A stretch of DNA of 64,000 bases from positions 1,408,001-1,472,000 of the forward strand of contig CAXXJJ010000001.1 in assembly GCA_963667015.2 (NCBI GenBank), written 5' to 3'. Shown in pieces: positions 9,404 through 20,156 of this stretch. The stretch comes from Desulfatiglandales bacterium. GTDB lineage: Bacteria; Desulfobacterota; DSM-4660; Desulfatiglandales; HGW-15. The notes beneath the pieces are model-generated. The model did not search any database. It was not told the origin of the DNA and worked only from the letters and a program-made list of their open reading frames with translations. Position 1 is the stretch's first letter. Every line of letters begins with the position of its first letter. The translations under genes and the position numbers were made by a program.

Positions 9404-11107
9404 CTACTGGCTATCATCCGGTTTGATTTTATATTTTTCAATAGGTATCGGCTGAGTCGTAAGTTTCATTTCGCCTTCATCCTGTTGTATAATTATCCAT
9501 TTGAGCCAGTTTTTATCATCACATTCAGGGAAATCTTCCCTGAAATGGAATCCCCTGCTTTCATCTCTCATAAGTGCAGCTTTGAAGGTCAATTCGGCAC
9601 ATATAGCCATACTCATTGCCTCATGACATTTGCCTAAATAGTGAAGGTCTTTTGCATACAAAGAAGACAGTTTTCCTTTAAGAGTTTCAATCATGGCCAG
9701 GGCTTCTTCCAGTCGATCTTTGCTTCTGCGCAGATTATATTTCATTGGCGCTGTTATATCGCCCAGGGCAGATATTGCATCATTGGGTGAAAATGTATTT
9801 GTACTCTGCATTGGTTCAAAGATCATTTCTTTAATTTTCTCCGCCTCCTGAGTATCGATATCAACCGATGGCGCCCCTGTAACATAACGGGCAGCCGACT
9901 CCCCTGCCCAAAGAGCACTTATCACAGCAAACATGATCCCTGAACCAGGGCAAACACCTGGCGGCGAAGCAACAGCACCGGCCAGTGCAGAACCGGCGTA
10001 ACTTGTATCGCCAATTGCCCAGAGACCTTCCAGGCTGGTTTTCATTTCATGATCAACCTTTATACATGATGTTTCTCCATGCATTGGAACACCAATTTCA
10101 TGTTTTCCACCGGGGATTAATCCGTGTTCTATTTCCTTTGCAGACATTTTTTCATGCCATTTGCCGAGCTTTGGCAGGCCGATATTGAATCCTCTGTGTG
10201 GTGCGTCCTTTGGGGGTTCAAAATAGATAGGTCCTCTGCCTTCGGCAACCTCTTTCTCAAGGCCTATTGCCAGCTTAACTGGTAAAAAAACACCTGCCGG
10301 GCCCTTATTGGGGAGATATTTCTGTGATAAGTTTTCACCCAGTCTGTTGACTAAAAAGTCAGAACCCACCATGCCGCTGTCAGTAGCCTGGTATACCGTA
10401 TGTCCGTAAAGGTTCCCGTATTCGGCATTTCTCATTTGAGCTCCGGCCCGGTATGCGGCTGCTATTCCGTCACCGGTACTTGCTGTCCAGTAGCGCCTGA
10501 CTTTATATCCGCAACTTCCGTTGGCCAGTATAGTCGCTTTTGCCTTAAAAATGTGCATGCGGCCATCAACAATGTTAAAGCCGGCTGCTCCTACTACACG
10601 GTCATCCTGTTTTAAAAGATCAACCACATGGATTTTATTTATAATTTTAGTGCCCATTTTTTTTGCGCGGGAGCGCATGGGCAGCATCATATCTATATCG
10701 ATAAAGGTTGAAGAGAGCTCCGGTGCAAACATGTGAGGGAATGAAACCATTTTGCCATCCGGAGTTTTTGCCAGTTTGTCACCCCATTCGGCAAACTGTT
10801 GAATCGCCCCGTATGTACTGGTTATGTACTTATAAAGTAACTCCTGGTCATTCAAATAGACCCCTGAAGTGTTTACCTGGAAATCAACGAATTTATCAGC
10901 ATCATTATCCGGACCGAGAAAAGCCAGAATACCGCCGATCTTTGTTGCTTTTCCTGCATATCCGGTTGTCTGTTTTTCAACTATCAGTACATCGGTTTCG
11001 GGATTTTCTTCCTTAGCTCTTATTGCGGAAGCCAAGCCGCCAATCCCGCCTCCTATTATTAAAACATCTGTAGATATGACATCTCCAATGTTGTCCAAAT
11101 TAGTCAT
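9404..11107 (-). CDS. FAD-dependent oxidoreductase, SdhA/FrdA/AprA-like flavoprotein
   Basis: DVLIIGGGIGG, STGDG..AYRAGA, GLWAIGD, RDESRGFHFREDFP. Confidence 0.9.
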   Translation of the reverse strand: MTNLDNIGDVISTDVLIIGGGIGGLASAIRAKEENPETDVLIVEKQTTGYAGKATKIGGILAFLGPDNDADKFVDFQVNTSGVYLNDQELLYKYITSTYGAIQQFAEWGDKLAKTPDGKMVSFPHMFAPELSSTFIDIDMMLPMRSRAKKMGTKIINKIHVVDLLKQDDRVVGAAGFNIVDGRMHIFKAKATILANGSCGYKVRRYWTASTGDGIAAAYRAGAQMRNAEYGNLYGHTVYQATDSGMVGSDFLVNRLGENLSQKYLPNKGPAGVFLPVKLAIGLEKEVAEGRGPIYFEPPKDAPHRGFNIGLPKLGKWHEKMSAKEIEHGLIPGGKHEIGVPMHGETSCIKVDHEMKTSLEGLWAIGDTSYAGSALAGAVASPPGVCPGSGIMFAVISALWAGESAARYVTGAPSVDIDTQEAEKIKEMIFEPMQSTNTFSPNDAISALGDITAPMKYNLRRSKDRLEEALAMIETLKGKLSSLYAKDLHYLGKCHEAMSMAICAELTFKAALMRDESRGFHFREDFPECDDKNWLKWIIIQQDEGEMKLTTQPIPIEKYKIKPDDSQ

Positions 11108-11133
11108 TATGTTTCTCCTTCGCTTTTGTTCGA

Positions 11134-11376
11134 TCAGAATGATGACCGCAGTGGTGCCGGAATATTTGGAATTACATTAATACATTCTTCCGGACATGCA
11201 ACTTCACATGCCAGGCACCAGACACAGTCTTCAGGATATGCGACAACCGGTTTTTTATTTTCCTCGTCCCACCGGATCACATCTACAAAACACGCGTTCA
11301 TGCATGATTTGCAACCTATGCATGCGTCCATGTCTATTTTTAGTTCTTTAATCCAATTATTCGCCAGTGTATCCAT
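11134..11376 (-). CDS. 2x[4Fe-4S] ferredoxin (AprB-like partner)
   Basis: CIGCKSCMNAC and CVWCLACEVACP; immediately upstream of the flavoprotein. Confidence 0.92.
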   Translation of the reverse strand: MDTLANNWIKELKIDMDACIGCKSCMNACFVDVIRWDEENKKPVVAYPEDCVWCLACEVACPEECINVIPNIPAPLRSSF

Positions 11377-11395
11377 TTTAGAGCCTCCATTACCT

Positions 11396-12049
11396 CTATA
11401 TGTAAACTATATTAGAGCCTTCTTTTTTTATCTTTAATGAGGCCTTACGATTGATAGCAGGGTCAGAAACCGCCTGCCAGATTCCCCATAATGCGGGTAG
11501 AAAATTTTTAAATGTACTTACCTCTGCGACATTATGTGCAGGCCAGCCGCCCCCGCTCGGTTTTTTTCCTGTGGGATGTTCCTTCATTTCAAATTTAAAT
11601 TCGGGTGGTGGCCCGCTTCCGGGAGGTGGTTTTGGGAACCCGTGCATGCAGGATCTCATTTTACATCCTTCGGGTATGGCTTCATACTGGTGGGAAAGCA
11701 TTACCATGGGTATTGTGCCTGGCTGCTCTCCGGTACTGCCGGCGGTAAGAAGGTGTTCGTAAGTCCAGAAGTCCTTTTGCTCCTGAGTTCCCAGGTTGGG
11801 ATCTACCCATTCGATTCTGAGGTCCATTACCGGGCCGTAGTCAATGCTTTCTGTTGCGATCTGGACTGCACCGATGTGGCCATTCATTGGCGGTTTGATT
11901 TCCCATTTAAAACCCTTGTGCTCGTCAGGACACCATAGTTCATATCCTTTTTCCATGTTGACCCACCACCAGTCTATCATTTCGGTAGTAACTCCGGGAA
12001 TAACATGATCGACAACCATCCATTCTTCAGGATAATTATTTTCAGCCAT
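11396..12049 (-). CDS. PhlG/phloretin-hydrolase-like C-C bond hydrolase
   Basis: PGVTTEMIDWWW, YELWCPDEH, ESID and HNVAE..FLPALW match the DAPG hydrolase pattern with H/E/H/E Zn ligands. Start taken at MAENN with AAAGGAG RBS. Confidence 0.75.
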   Translation of the reverse strand: MAENNYPEEWMVVDHVIPGVTTEMIDWWWVNMEKGYELWCPDEHKGFKWEIKPPMNGHIGAVQIATESIDYGPVMDLRIEWVDPNLGTQEQKDFWTYEHLLTAGSTGEQPGTIPMVMLSHQYEAIPEGCKMRSCMHGFPKPPPGSGPPPEFKFEMKEHPTGKKPSGGGWPAHNVAEVSTFKNFLPALWGIWQAVSDPAINRKASLKIKKEGSNIVYI

Positions 12050-12111
12050 TCTTGCTCTCCTTTGATAATAAAAGTGATTGCTTTTTTGATTATACTGTTG
12101 TAAATTTTTGA

Positions 12112-12141
12112 TACTGTACAATTGTAAAGTAAATAAGTCAA
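12112..12141 (-). promoter_or_regulatory. Sigma70 promoter with overlapping palindromic operator (copy 1)
   Basis: TTGACT-N17-TACAGT; palindrome TACTGTACAATTGTAAAGTA at 12112-12131. Confidence 0.75.
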
Positions 12142-12380
12142 ATAAAAATTATATCGATCGATATTCATTGCTGGCATGTCTCAGCCTTTTTGGTTTGCCC
12201 TAAAGATGGTTAAGGATTCTACTTTCAGGTATTTGAAAAAATAATGAAAATGGAATCGGAACAATATGAAAATGAATTGTTAACCCAAGAATAACCTTTT
12301 TCTTTTTATATAAAAATATTCCGATACTGTTAATCCTCAAAAACTTAAATTGTACTAAACCATTTATTAAGGAGTATTGC

Positions 12381-13805
12381 ATGACAGCATTAAAACGAAG
12401 TATAAAAATCACCTATGGTATGGGGCAGGTGGCTGAATCTGCAACCCAGGCAGGCTTTAATACGTTTCTTTTTTTATATTTCAATCAGGTCCTTGGGCTT
12501 TCCGGGTCCTTTTGCGGTATAGCTATTTTTATCGCTCAGGCCTTTGATGCTATTACTGATCCACTGGCAGGATCATTATCAGACAGCTGTAAATCCCGCC
12601 TTGGTCGCAGGCATCCGTTTATGTATGCCTCATCTATTCCGCTTGCATTATTTTTCTTTTTTATGTTTGTTCCTCCGAAAGATCTGGGGCAGATCGGTCT
12701 TTTTCTGTGGCTTATGGCATTTGCTGTTCTTACTCGTGGTGCATTAACTCTTTTCCAGGTTCCTCATCTTGCACTGGGCTCAGAGATCTCAAATGATTAT
12801 TTTGAGCGCACATCAATATTTGCATACCGTACAGCTATAGGAATGCTGGGTGGGGTATTAATAACAATGATGGGATATTTTGTCTTTCTTCCTAACACGC
12901 CGGAGTTCCCAAGGGGGCAGCTGAATCCTGCGGGATATCCATATTTAGCCTTATTCTGCAGTGTAATCATATTAATAGGTGTGCTTAGCGCCTCTCTGGG
13001 AACACGCAGTTTAATTCCTGCACTGCCAAAGGCTTCAAAGGATGCGGGACTCTTCACACCAATGCGGATGGTTAGAGAGTTTATCGAAGTGTGGGGAAAT
13101 GCATCCTTCAGAGCCATATTTATGGGGGCTCTATCTTTTTTCCTCTACATGGGGGTATCGACGACCGTTATGCCCCTGTTAACTACCTTTTTCTGGGGAT
13201 TTGGATCCGATCAACTCGGGATACTTGCCATTCCTATGGGGGCCGGATTCATGATAGGTTCCGTTCTTGCCAGACCGGTACAGGAAATATTCGATAAAAA
13301 GAATGCTATGATAATTGGGGCCTGTATTATGGCCGTTTTCCAGGTCCTTCCTGTTTTTCTCCGCCTGCTTGGTTTTTTCCCGGAAAATGCTGATCCTCTT
13401 CTGCTTCCGTTTATATTTATCATAATGTTAGTAGCCAGCATTTTCGGAGGCATATCCGCTGTTACTGTATTTTCTATGATGTCAGATATCGTACGGGAAC
13501 ATGAGTATATAACCGGAAAGCGGCGTGATGGTATTTTCTTTGCCACCAACTCATTTTCACAAAAAATAAATTCGGGTCTTGGGAATGCGATAGCTGGGTT
13601 TCTTATTGATTTTATCAGGTTTCCGGTAAACGCAAACCCTGATACTGTGGCGCAAGAAACATTGGTCAGACTTGGAATTCTTTATATGTGTGCAGCCGGC
13701 CTGAATATTTTGGCAGCCTACTGTGTAAGCTTCTATAAAATAACTCGAGAGCACCATGAAGAGGTAATGGCAGCATTAGAGGAGAGATATAAAGGCGCAT
13801 CATAA
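12381..13805 (+). CDS. MFS transporter, GPH (glycoside-pentoside-hexuronide:cation symporter) family
   Basis: FDAITDPLAGSLSD..SRLGRRHPF, ERT, RRDGIFF; about 12 TM segments. Confidence 0.9.
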   Translation: MTALKRSIKITYGMGQVAESATQAGFNTFLFLYFNQVLGLSGSFCGIAIFIAQAFDAITDPLAGSLSDSCKSRLGRRHPFMYASSIPLALFFFFMFVPPKDLGQIGLFLWLMAFAVLTRGALTLFQVPHLALGSEISNDYFERTSIFAYRTAIGMLGGVLITMMGYFVFLPNTPEFPRGQLNPAGYPYLALFCSVIILIGVLSASLGTRSLIPALPKASKDAGLFTPMRMVREFIEVWGNASFRAIFMGALSFFLYMGVSTTVMPLLTTFFWGFGSDQLGILAIPMGAGFMIGSVLARPVQEIFDKKNAMIIGACIMAVFQVLPVFLRLLGFFPENADPLLLPFIFIIMLVASIFGGISAVTVFSMMSDIVREHEYITGKRRDGIFFATNSFSQKINSGLGNAIAGFLIDFIRFPVNANPDTVAQETLVRLGILYMCAAGLNILAAYCVSFYKITREHHEEVMAALEERYKGAS

Positions 13806-13812
13806 TTTTATT

Positions 13813-13872
13813 AGGATCATGCCTGGATGTCAGTACATCTTTTTGCCTCTATCCAAGGCATGATCCTTTTTT
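13813..13872 (+). terminator. Intrinsic terminator
   Basis: aggatcatgcctggat...atccaaggcatgatcct followed by a T-run, between convergent genes. Confidence 0.7.
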
Positions 13873-13928
13873 AAAAATATGATGAACAACACAGTGTTAA
13901 TAATTTTTTCTGCTCCTGGTCCCTCACA

Positions 13929-15347
13929 TTATATCACTTTTTTGTGTTTCCAGCGGCCAAGTTTGAAGTATATCGTATAGACCAATGCTCTTAAGACGAT
14001 GGCTGTAACTATTCCCCATCGCACACCATAGACTCCCAGACTCGTAAACTTGGGCAGAATATATGCCAATGGGACCTGTACCAGCCACATGGTAAGTAAA
14101 GTGGTCCACATTGGTATGTAGGTAGCCCCCATACCGTTTAAACAGCTCATCAATACGATAACAAGACCAAACACCAGATAAGCTATAATATTTATTCTTA
14201 AAAAATTAGCGGTAATTATTACAAGGTCCGGTTCATTATTAAAAATGCTGACGATTTTCTCAGCCCAAAACCAGATAATTACGGAGCCTGTGAATGTAAA
14301 GCATGTAAACCAGGCCGCTGCTATCCAACCCGTTTTCTCCGCCCTGTCAGGGAGGTTTGCTCCAAGGTTTTGTCCGGCCAGGATACCTGATGCCTGACCC
14401 ACGCCGAAGGCCGGCATGTTAACAAATACATCCATTCTATCTGCAAGCGATTGCGCGGCAACAGCATAGGTGCCAAAGGGAACTACAAACCACATTAGTA
14501 TAAAATTGGTAAAATTTCTTTGCATTGCCGTCACAGATGAAGGAATGCCTATTTTTATGATCCGCCAGATTATTTTTGTGTCAAAGCGAAATCCTTTCAT
14601 TGTTACTTTCAAACGTGCGCGCCCGGTAAATAGCATCCATAGTAAAGCAAGCCCGCCCGAGCCCTGAGAAATAATTCCTGTCAGAGCTGCACCGCTAACA
14701 CCCATAAATGGAAAAATCCACCATCCGAATACAAGAAACGGACATAAAATTATATGAAAAATCCTGACGAAGATACTGATTTTCATCGGTGTCAAAGTAT
14801 CCCCTGATGCCTGCATGATGCCCTGGGACATAACATCAAATGACATTGCTACAGAACCAATGAACATGATGCGCATATATACCGCACCTTCTTTGACCAC
14901 TTCCGGCTCAACACCAATATAAACCAGGATTGGTTCGGCAAGAAAGAAGCCGATTGCCGCCATTATCAAAGCGAAAACAGTACTGATAACGAAGGTCTGC
15001 TGGGCAACATGATTGGCGCTCTGCCTATCTCCCGCACCTACAAATCGCGCTATTAACGCCTGGGTTCCGGTGTTCAGTCCCATTCGTGCAGAATTACTAA
15101 CCATAACTGCCATTCCGGATACACCGACACCTGCGAGTGCAGCAGAACCCAGACTGCCAACCCATATCATATCTATTGTCGGCCCAAGCATTGTAATAGT
15201 AGTGCTTATGGTTGAAGGCCAGGTAAGTGTCCATAGATTTTTTGTGATACTGCCTTTGGTCAAGTCACGATCCATGACCGGACTTTCAGGTATTCTCTTT
15301 TTTAATCGTAATTCTGCCTCTTTTATAGTGTCTGTATGCATTATCAT
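13929..15347 (-). CDS. MATE-family efflux transporter
   Basis: DLTKGSI, DMIWVGSLGSAALAGVG, GDTLTPM, GQNLGA; ATGA-coupled to the upstream tetR. Confidence 0.93.
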   Translation of the reverse strand: MIMHTDTIKEAELRLKKRIPESPVMDRDLTKGSITKNLWTLTWPSTISTTITMLGPTIDMIWVGSLGSAALAGVGVSGMAVMVSNSARMGLNTGTQALIARFVGAGDRQSANHVAQQTFVISTVFALIMAAIGFFLAEPILVYIGVEPEVVKEGAVYMRIMFIGSVAMSFDVMSQGIMQASGDTLTPMKISIFVRIFHIILCPFLVFGWWIFPFMGVSGAALTGIISQGSGGLALLWMLFTGRARLKVTMKGFRFDTKIIWRIIKIGIPSSVTAMQRNFTNFILMWFVVPFGTYAVAAQSLADRMDVFVNMPAFGVGQASGILAGQNLGANLPDRAEKTGWIAAAWFTCFTFTGSVIIWFWAEKIVSIFNNEPDLVIITANFLRINIIAYLVFGLVIVLMSCLNGMGATYIPMWTTLLTMWLVQVPLAYILPKFTSLGVYGVRWGIVTAIVLRALVYTIYFKLGRWKHKKVI

Positions 15348-15976
15348 GGGAAAAGGAAATTCAGTATACGTTCCGTATGCATGGCAATACCCTTTCTGGA
15401 GAGCAGGTTTAGCTCCAGCAGTTCATTTGCCATATCGAACATGACAATAGGGGTTTCTACCAGTGCATGTAAATATACGAAAAAACTGTCATGATCAAAA
15501 TCTGCAAAATATCCGCACTTCTGAACTTCCCTGAAAACCGGTTCAACTATTACATGTAATTGTTTCTGTCTTTCCATAATATAGTCAAAAAGGGGGCTGG
15601 TGTGGGTGTTATTATGCATTTTTATTTTTGTAAAATCAGGATTTTTAGCTGCCAGGAATACATAGGATGTTATGAAATTCTTTAAAAGTTCGACTGGATT
15701 ATCCGATGTATGTAATTCGGCAACTCTTCGCAATCTTACTTCATGAATATTTAACCCGTAATCCACCACCGCTTTATACAAATCATATTTGGAGCCGAAA
15801 TGATGTCTGATAAGACTATGGGTAGTGTCGGTAAGGTCGGCTATCTCTCTTAATTTGGCATTATAAAAACCTTCTCTGGCGAATACCTTAAGTGCGGCCT
15901 GAAGAACTGTTTCCTTTGTTTTCTCGCTCACCTCTCTGGATTGTTTCCCCAGTTTTCTTTTTTTCTGCTGATGCAT
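15344..15976 (-). CDS. TetR-family regulator (copy A)
   Basis: N-terminal HTH AALKVFAREGF...LREIA...LIRHHFGSK. Confidence 0.93.
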   Translation of the reverse strand: MHQQKKRKLGKQSREVSEKTKETVLQAALKVFAREGFYNAKLREIADLTDTTHSLIRHHFGSKYDLYKAVVDYGLNIHEVRLRRVAELHTSDNPVELLKNFITSYVFLAAKNPDFTKIKMHNNTHTSPLFDYIMERQKQLHVIVEPVFREVQKCGYFADFDHDSFFVYLHALVETPIVMFDMANELLELNLLSRKGIAMHTERILNFLFP

Positions 15977-16104
15977 GATACAAATTTCCTCTGCAATATC
16001 TGAATTGTCTAGTATGGCCCAAATTGTGACTCTACCTCTAACCTGTTTATATCAATGCATTAATATGTGTATCAAATAAAAATATCACCCAGCTTAATTT
16101 TTAG

Positions 16105-16153
16105 TTGACTTGAATACTTTACAAATGTACAGTAAATAAACTATACAATTGTA
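16105..16153 (+). promoter_or_regulatory. Sigma70 promoter with two palindromic operators (copy 2)
   Basis: TTGACT(16105)-N17-TACAGT(16128); TACTTTACAAATGTACAGTA at 16115-16134 and TACAATTGTA at 16144-16153. Confidence 0.75.
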
Positions 16154-16451
16154 AAATAAAAAAAGCAATCCCTTTTATTATAAAAGGGATTATTAAAATG
16201 ATTTAAAATAACTCCCTCGAAGAATAGAGGTTGTAGATCTTGTGATTCCCGTTGCCAGTACCGAAATGATCGGCTTGTAGTAGGTTAATAATTAGACGCA
16301 ATTGAATGTATATTATTTTACTCCTGAAAAACTTTAGTTTTTTATTTTAATTAATATCGATTTGCTTACATCCTATAAAGTCGTTCGAAACATTCCGACA
16401 GTAAATTGAAGGAATATCAGATAGGTAAAATCAAAAAGGGAGGAACAAATC

Positions 16452-18698
16452 ATGAAAAAGCCTTTATTGTTTTTTATTTTTTTGATGATAGGAGTTACCT
16501 TTTTAATCAACGATTTCAGATCTGCCTTTGCACAGGAAGAAGATCAGGAAGAATATCTTCTTGACGAGATCATGGTAACCGCTCAAAAACGAGAGCAGAG
16601 TCTCCATGAAGTCCCCATCGCTATTTCAGTAACAACTTCGGATCAGCTGGAACGACAGCAGATCTATAGTGCGCGCGACCTTGAGAGAACGACTCCAGCC
16701 CTGGAGTTTGGTAATTCCGGTCCGGCCGGTGCTCCTACAATACGCGGAATCGGTACAACAGCTGTGGTAGGAGGCATTGGGGAGCCTTCAGTAGGCATTA
16801 ACATAGATGGTATTACTCAGGGTGCTGCGGTTTTGAACAGTCTTTTTGATGTTCAGCGTATTGAAGTTCTCAGAGGGCCTCAGGGAACACTCTACGGTGA
16901 TACATCTTCAGCAGGCCTGATTAATATAATCTCAAATTCTCCTGATCCTCTGGGATTCGATGCTAAAGTCGGGTTCGATATAACAGATGACGGAACACTG
17001 GGGTCCAAATTCAGCCGCCAGGAATACCGGGGAATGCTGAATATACCTGTCAATGAAAATTCGGCATTACGGGCAGTCTTTAATTTCAATGATATGGATG
17101 GCCTAAGAAAAAACAAACTTGGACCGGATTTTACAAGCAAAGACTATGGCGCACGTCTGCACTATTTATATGAACCCACCGACGATTTTTCCTTAGATCT
17201 TATAGGGAATTACCATAAAACCGAATCAAAAGGGCCGAGTATATTTACTCCTGTTACCTCTGTTACTCCGATACACCAGGCTGCGTTGGCAGAATGCGGT
17301 ATCACGGCATCACCGGAGAATCAGTATACCTGTCATGATTTTGACGAACACAATACGATAGAATTCTATACTCTATCCGCTGAATTTAACTTCAAGGCCT
17401 TTGGACATGAAATTACGTCAATAACAGGTTACACAGAACACGAAACAGGGCCCTGGAACTGGCAAATAATGGGTCTCAGTTATCCGGGGCTCCTGGAAAT
17501 CAGAAGTTCCGGGCAGGTAAGTACCGTCAAACGATACACTACCGATTTACGGATCGCGTCTCCAAAGGGTCAAAAGGTGGAGTATATTGCCGGCTTGTGG
17601 TATAACGGATCGGATAGAAGCCAGGATGAGCTGGCTTATTCTGAGCTTCGGCTTCCGATCCCGATTCCCGGATTTCCACCTGTACTCAGTCATAGCAATC
17701 TGACTAAGGGTGAAGATAAAAACTACGCAGTATACGGTAATGCCGATATCCATTTTACAGATGCCTTTACAGTTTTTGCCGGCGCTCGTTTTGCGCGCTA
17801 TGATCTGTGGACAACCTCTATCAATATGCAGGAGCCTGCTCCCCCTGAATATGTTCCTATAGGAGCTGAAACGACCGCCTCACTTAAAGAGGATTATTTT
17901 TCATACCGTCTGGGCGGGCAGTACGATATTAATGAAGACTGGATGGTCTATTTGAATACTTCTAATGCAGTAAAGACACCTTCAGTGTCAGAACCTCCCT
18001 TTACAGACCCGACTGCTGATCCTAAAGTTATTAAAGCGGAAATTTCAACAAACTATGAAATAGGGATCAAGGGCAAGATTTTTGATGGAAAATTAGCCCT
18101 TGAATCCAATGCTTTCTACACCACGCTTGAAGATTTTCAGGGTACCGAATGTTATTTGAGTCCAGAAACGCAGGAGCTTTCCTGCGTAGTGGCAAATGTT
18201 CAAGATGACATCATTTCAAAGGGATTTGAAATATCCCTTTACGGATTCCCGATGCGGGGATTGAGAGTAAATACCGGCTATATCTTTAATATCGCGGAAT
18301 ACCCTGATGGATACCCATCGGATGATGAGCCGCCGCAGGATCTCGGTGGTGAGCAGCTTATGAATGCACCTAGACACAAGTTCCTGGTTTCTACTGAATA
18401 CAGTCACTCGCTGACAGACAATCTCGATGGTTTTGTTTCAGTCGACGCGACATACAAAACCAAGCGGCGTCTTTCTCTTATGGCTGATTCTTTTTCAGTT
18501 TATCGGGCGCATTGGATGGTCGGGGCAAGAATGGGCATAAGGGCTCAGGATAATTGGAGTGTCACGCTTTTTGCGCGCAACATCTTTGGAGAAGCCGCAC
18601 CGGCAGCTCTATGGCCGGCCAATGACGGGAATAATTATCAGATAGTAACTCCAACACAATTCAGGCAGGTCGGTTTAAGTCTTAATTATTCATTTTAA
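16452..18698 (+). CDS. TonB-dependent outer-membrane receptor
   Basis: Signal peptide; DEIMVTAQKRE TonB box; RIEVLRGPQGTLYG plug motif; C-terminal YSF. Confidence 0.95.
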   Translation: MKKPLLFFIFLMIGVTFLINDFRSAFAQEEDQEEYLLDEIMVTAQKREQSLHEVPIAISVTTSDQLERQQIYSARDLERTTPALEFGNSGPAGAPTIRGIGTTAVVGGIGEPSVGINIDGITQGAAVLNSLFDVQRIEVLRGPQGTLYGDTSSAGLINIISNSPDPLGFDAKVGFDITDDGTLGSKFSRQEYRGMLNIPVNENSALRAVFNFNDMDGLRKNKLGPDFTSKDYGARLHYLYEPTDDFSLDLIGNYHKTESKGPSIFTPVTSVTPIHQAALAECGITASPENQYTCHDFDEHNTIEFYTLSAEFNFKAFGHEITSITGYTEHETGPWNWQIMGLSYPGLLEIRSSGQVSTVKRYTTDLRIASPKGQKVEYIAGLWYNGSDRSQDELAYSELRLPIPIPGFPPVLSHSNLTKGEDKNYAVYGNADIHFTDAFTVFAGARFARYDLWTTSINMQEPAPPEYVPIGAETTASLKEDYFSYRLGGQYDINEDWMVYLNTSNAVKTPSVSEPPFTDPTADPKVIKAEISTNYEIGIKGKIFDGKLALESNAFYTTLEDFQGTECYLSPETQELSCVVANVQDDIISKGFEISLYGFPMRGLRVNTGYIFNIAEYPDGYPSDDEPPQDLGGEQLMNAPRHKFLVSTEYSHSLTDNLDGFVSVDATYKTKRRLSLMADSFSVYRAHWMVGARMGIRAQDNWSVTLFARNIFGEAAPAALWPANDGNNYQIVTPTQFRQVGLSLNYSF

Positions 18699-18755
18699 TT
18701 ATAATGAATAATTAATTAGCTCAATATGAGCTCAATAAATCCATGAGATAAAATA

Positions 18756-18785
18756 AATCAGGCTGGCGGTACTGTCAGCCTGATT
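18756..18785. terminator. Hairpin between convergent genes
   Basis: aatcaggctggc-ggtact-gtcagcctgatt. Confidence 0.6.
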
Positions 18786-18799
18786 CATCCGCACAATAT

Positions 18800-20062
18800 T
18801 TATGGCAGTTCCACACCCTGTGCTATAAGCTTCTTTTGCAGTACTTTAATGTCGACTTTCCGTGGTTGTACCTTGCTCTTTACAGCCAGTGCAGCAGCCG
18901 TCCCGGCGGCCTGCCCCATCTGGATGCAGTGCGATATTATGTTGAACATCGAATTGGCAGCCTGGTCAGATGAAAAGCATCGTCCGGCAGCAAGAAGGCC
19001 ATCTATTTTTGCCGGAACCAGACAGCGATAAGGCATTTCAACATTCTCAGGCGGTTTGTCAGCAGGCCAGCTGAGTGGTACGCCCTGCGGGAACATCAAT
19101 ACGGTATCATCGAACTTTTTATTCGCCCTTGCTTCCTCACCTGTTAATACGTATTCGCCGATAAGGCGTCGACTGCCCCGCGTACCGATCTGCGGGGCGC
19201 TGTCATATAAATAGCTGTTCTCAAAACCTGGAACCATCTTTTTATAAAAAGAATATAACGGTATCATTATCTTGCGAACATTAACCTCGACCCAGTTAAG
19301 GTCTTCTAATTTGAGACAGTCCTTGCCGCGTATAAAGTTATTTACCCAGAAGATATCCGGGCGTTGGGCAGGTATTGGCGCTATATGAAATCCTGACAAC
19401 TTAAAGCCTTCCTCTCTTATTTTTACCCATTCACCATGTTGCGACTTACGAAATTCCGCAAATTTGTCAAAGTCAATTCCCCCAATGCGGAAAACCATGG
19501 CCATCTGAGATGTGCGATAACCCTTGTCAAGCGAAGCATCAAACTCCGCGCCAGCAGATGCATAGACATCACCATCGCCTGTGGCATCTATTATGACCTT
19601 ACCCATGACAGCTTGTCGGCCGGACTTACTCTCGAAGATAACGCCCTTTACAGTGTTGCCTTCTACGACTGCTGCTGTACCCCAGGAATGCAGAAGCAGT
19701 CTTACTCCGGCTTCAAGAACCATATCGTTCAGGATACACTTAAGCAATTCCGGGTCGACCATACTGGCAAATCCCCACTCCGGCTCACTGGTCTTGGAAA
19801 GATCATGAATACCGTTAACCCTGTTCAACCTGTCCATCCACTCCTTGCCCTGGCCGGCAGATGGACTCAGCATCAGTACCAGCCCACCCGTGGCCATGCC
19901 CCCAAGGTGGCCGTACCTGTCCATTAATATCGTATCAGCGCCCTCCCGCGCTGCCGCAATAGCTGCAGTAACACCTGCAGGACCGCCTCCAACCACCACG
20001 ACATCCGCTTCGGTATAAATATCCGTTTCCCGTGCATTTTCGTGAACAGTTTTTGCTCTCAT
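18800..20062 (-). CDS. FAD-dependent oxidoreductase (FAD_oxidored-type)
   Basis: DVVVVGGGPAG, LGGMATGG, IDATGDGD, PYRCLVP, GQAAGTAAA. Confidence 0.9.
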   Translation of the reverse strand: MRAKTVHENARETDIYTEADVVVVGGGPAGVTAAIAAAREGADTILMDRYGHLGGMATGGLVLMLSPSAGQGKEWMDRLNRVNGIHDLSKTSEPEWGFASMVDPELLKCILNDMVLEAGVRLLLHSWGTAAVVEGNTVKGVIFESKSGRQAVMGKVIIDATGDGDVYASAGAEFDASLDKGYRTSQMAMVFRIGGIDFDKFAEFRKSQHGEWVKIREEGFKLSGFHIAPIPAQRPDIFWVNNFIRGKDCLKLEDLNWVEVNVRKIMIPLYSFYKKMVPGFENSYLYDSAPQIGTRGSRRLIGEYVLTGEEARANKKFDDTVLMFPQGVPLSWPADKPPENVEMPYRCLVPAKIDGLLAAGRCFSSDQAANSMFNIISHCIQMGQAAGTAAALAVKSKVQPRKVDIKVLQKKLIAQGVELP

Positions 20063-20126
20063 TATATAACCCTCTCTGTCATCCGGTTAAAACGAAAATA
20101 TTTTATATTTTACTAAAAAGTTTAGA

Positions 20127-20156
20127 TACTGTGCATGGGTAAAGTAAAAAAGTCAA
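20127..20156 (-). promoter_or_regulatory. Sigma70 promoter with degenerate operator (copy 3)
   Basis: TTGACT-N17-CACAGT; collinear with copies 1 and 2. Confidence 0.65.

Noticed and set aside
9404..11376. True dissimilatory APS reductase aprBA
   Set aside because: Both proteins are shorter than typical AprA/AprB, no sat or qmo genes are nearby, and the context is catabolic; called AprA-like only.
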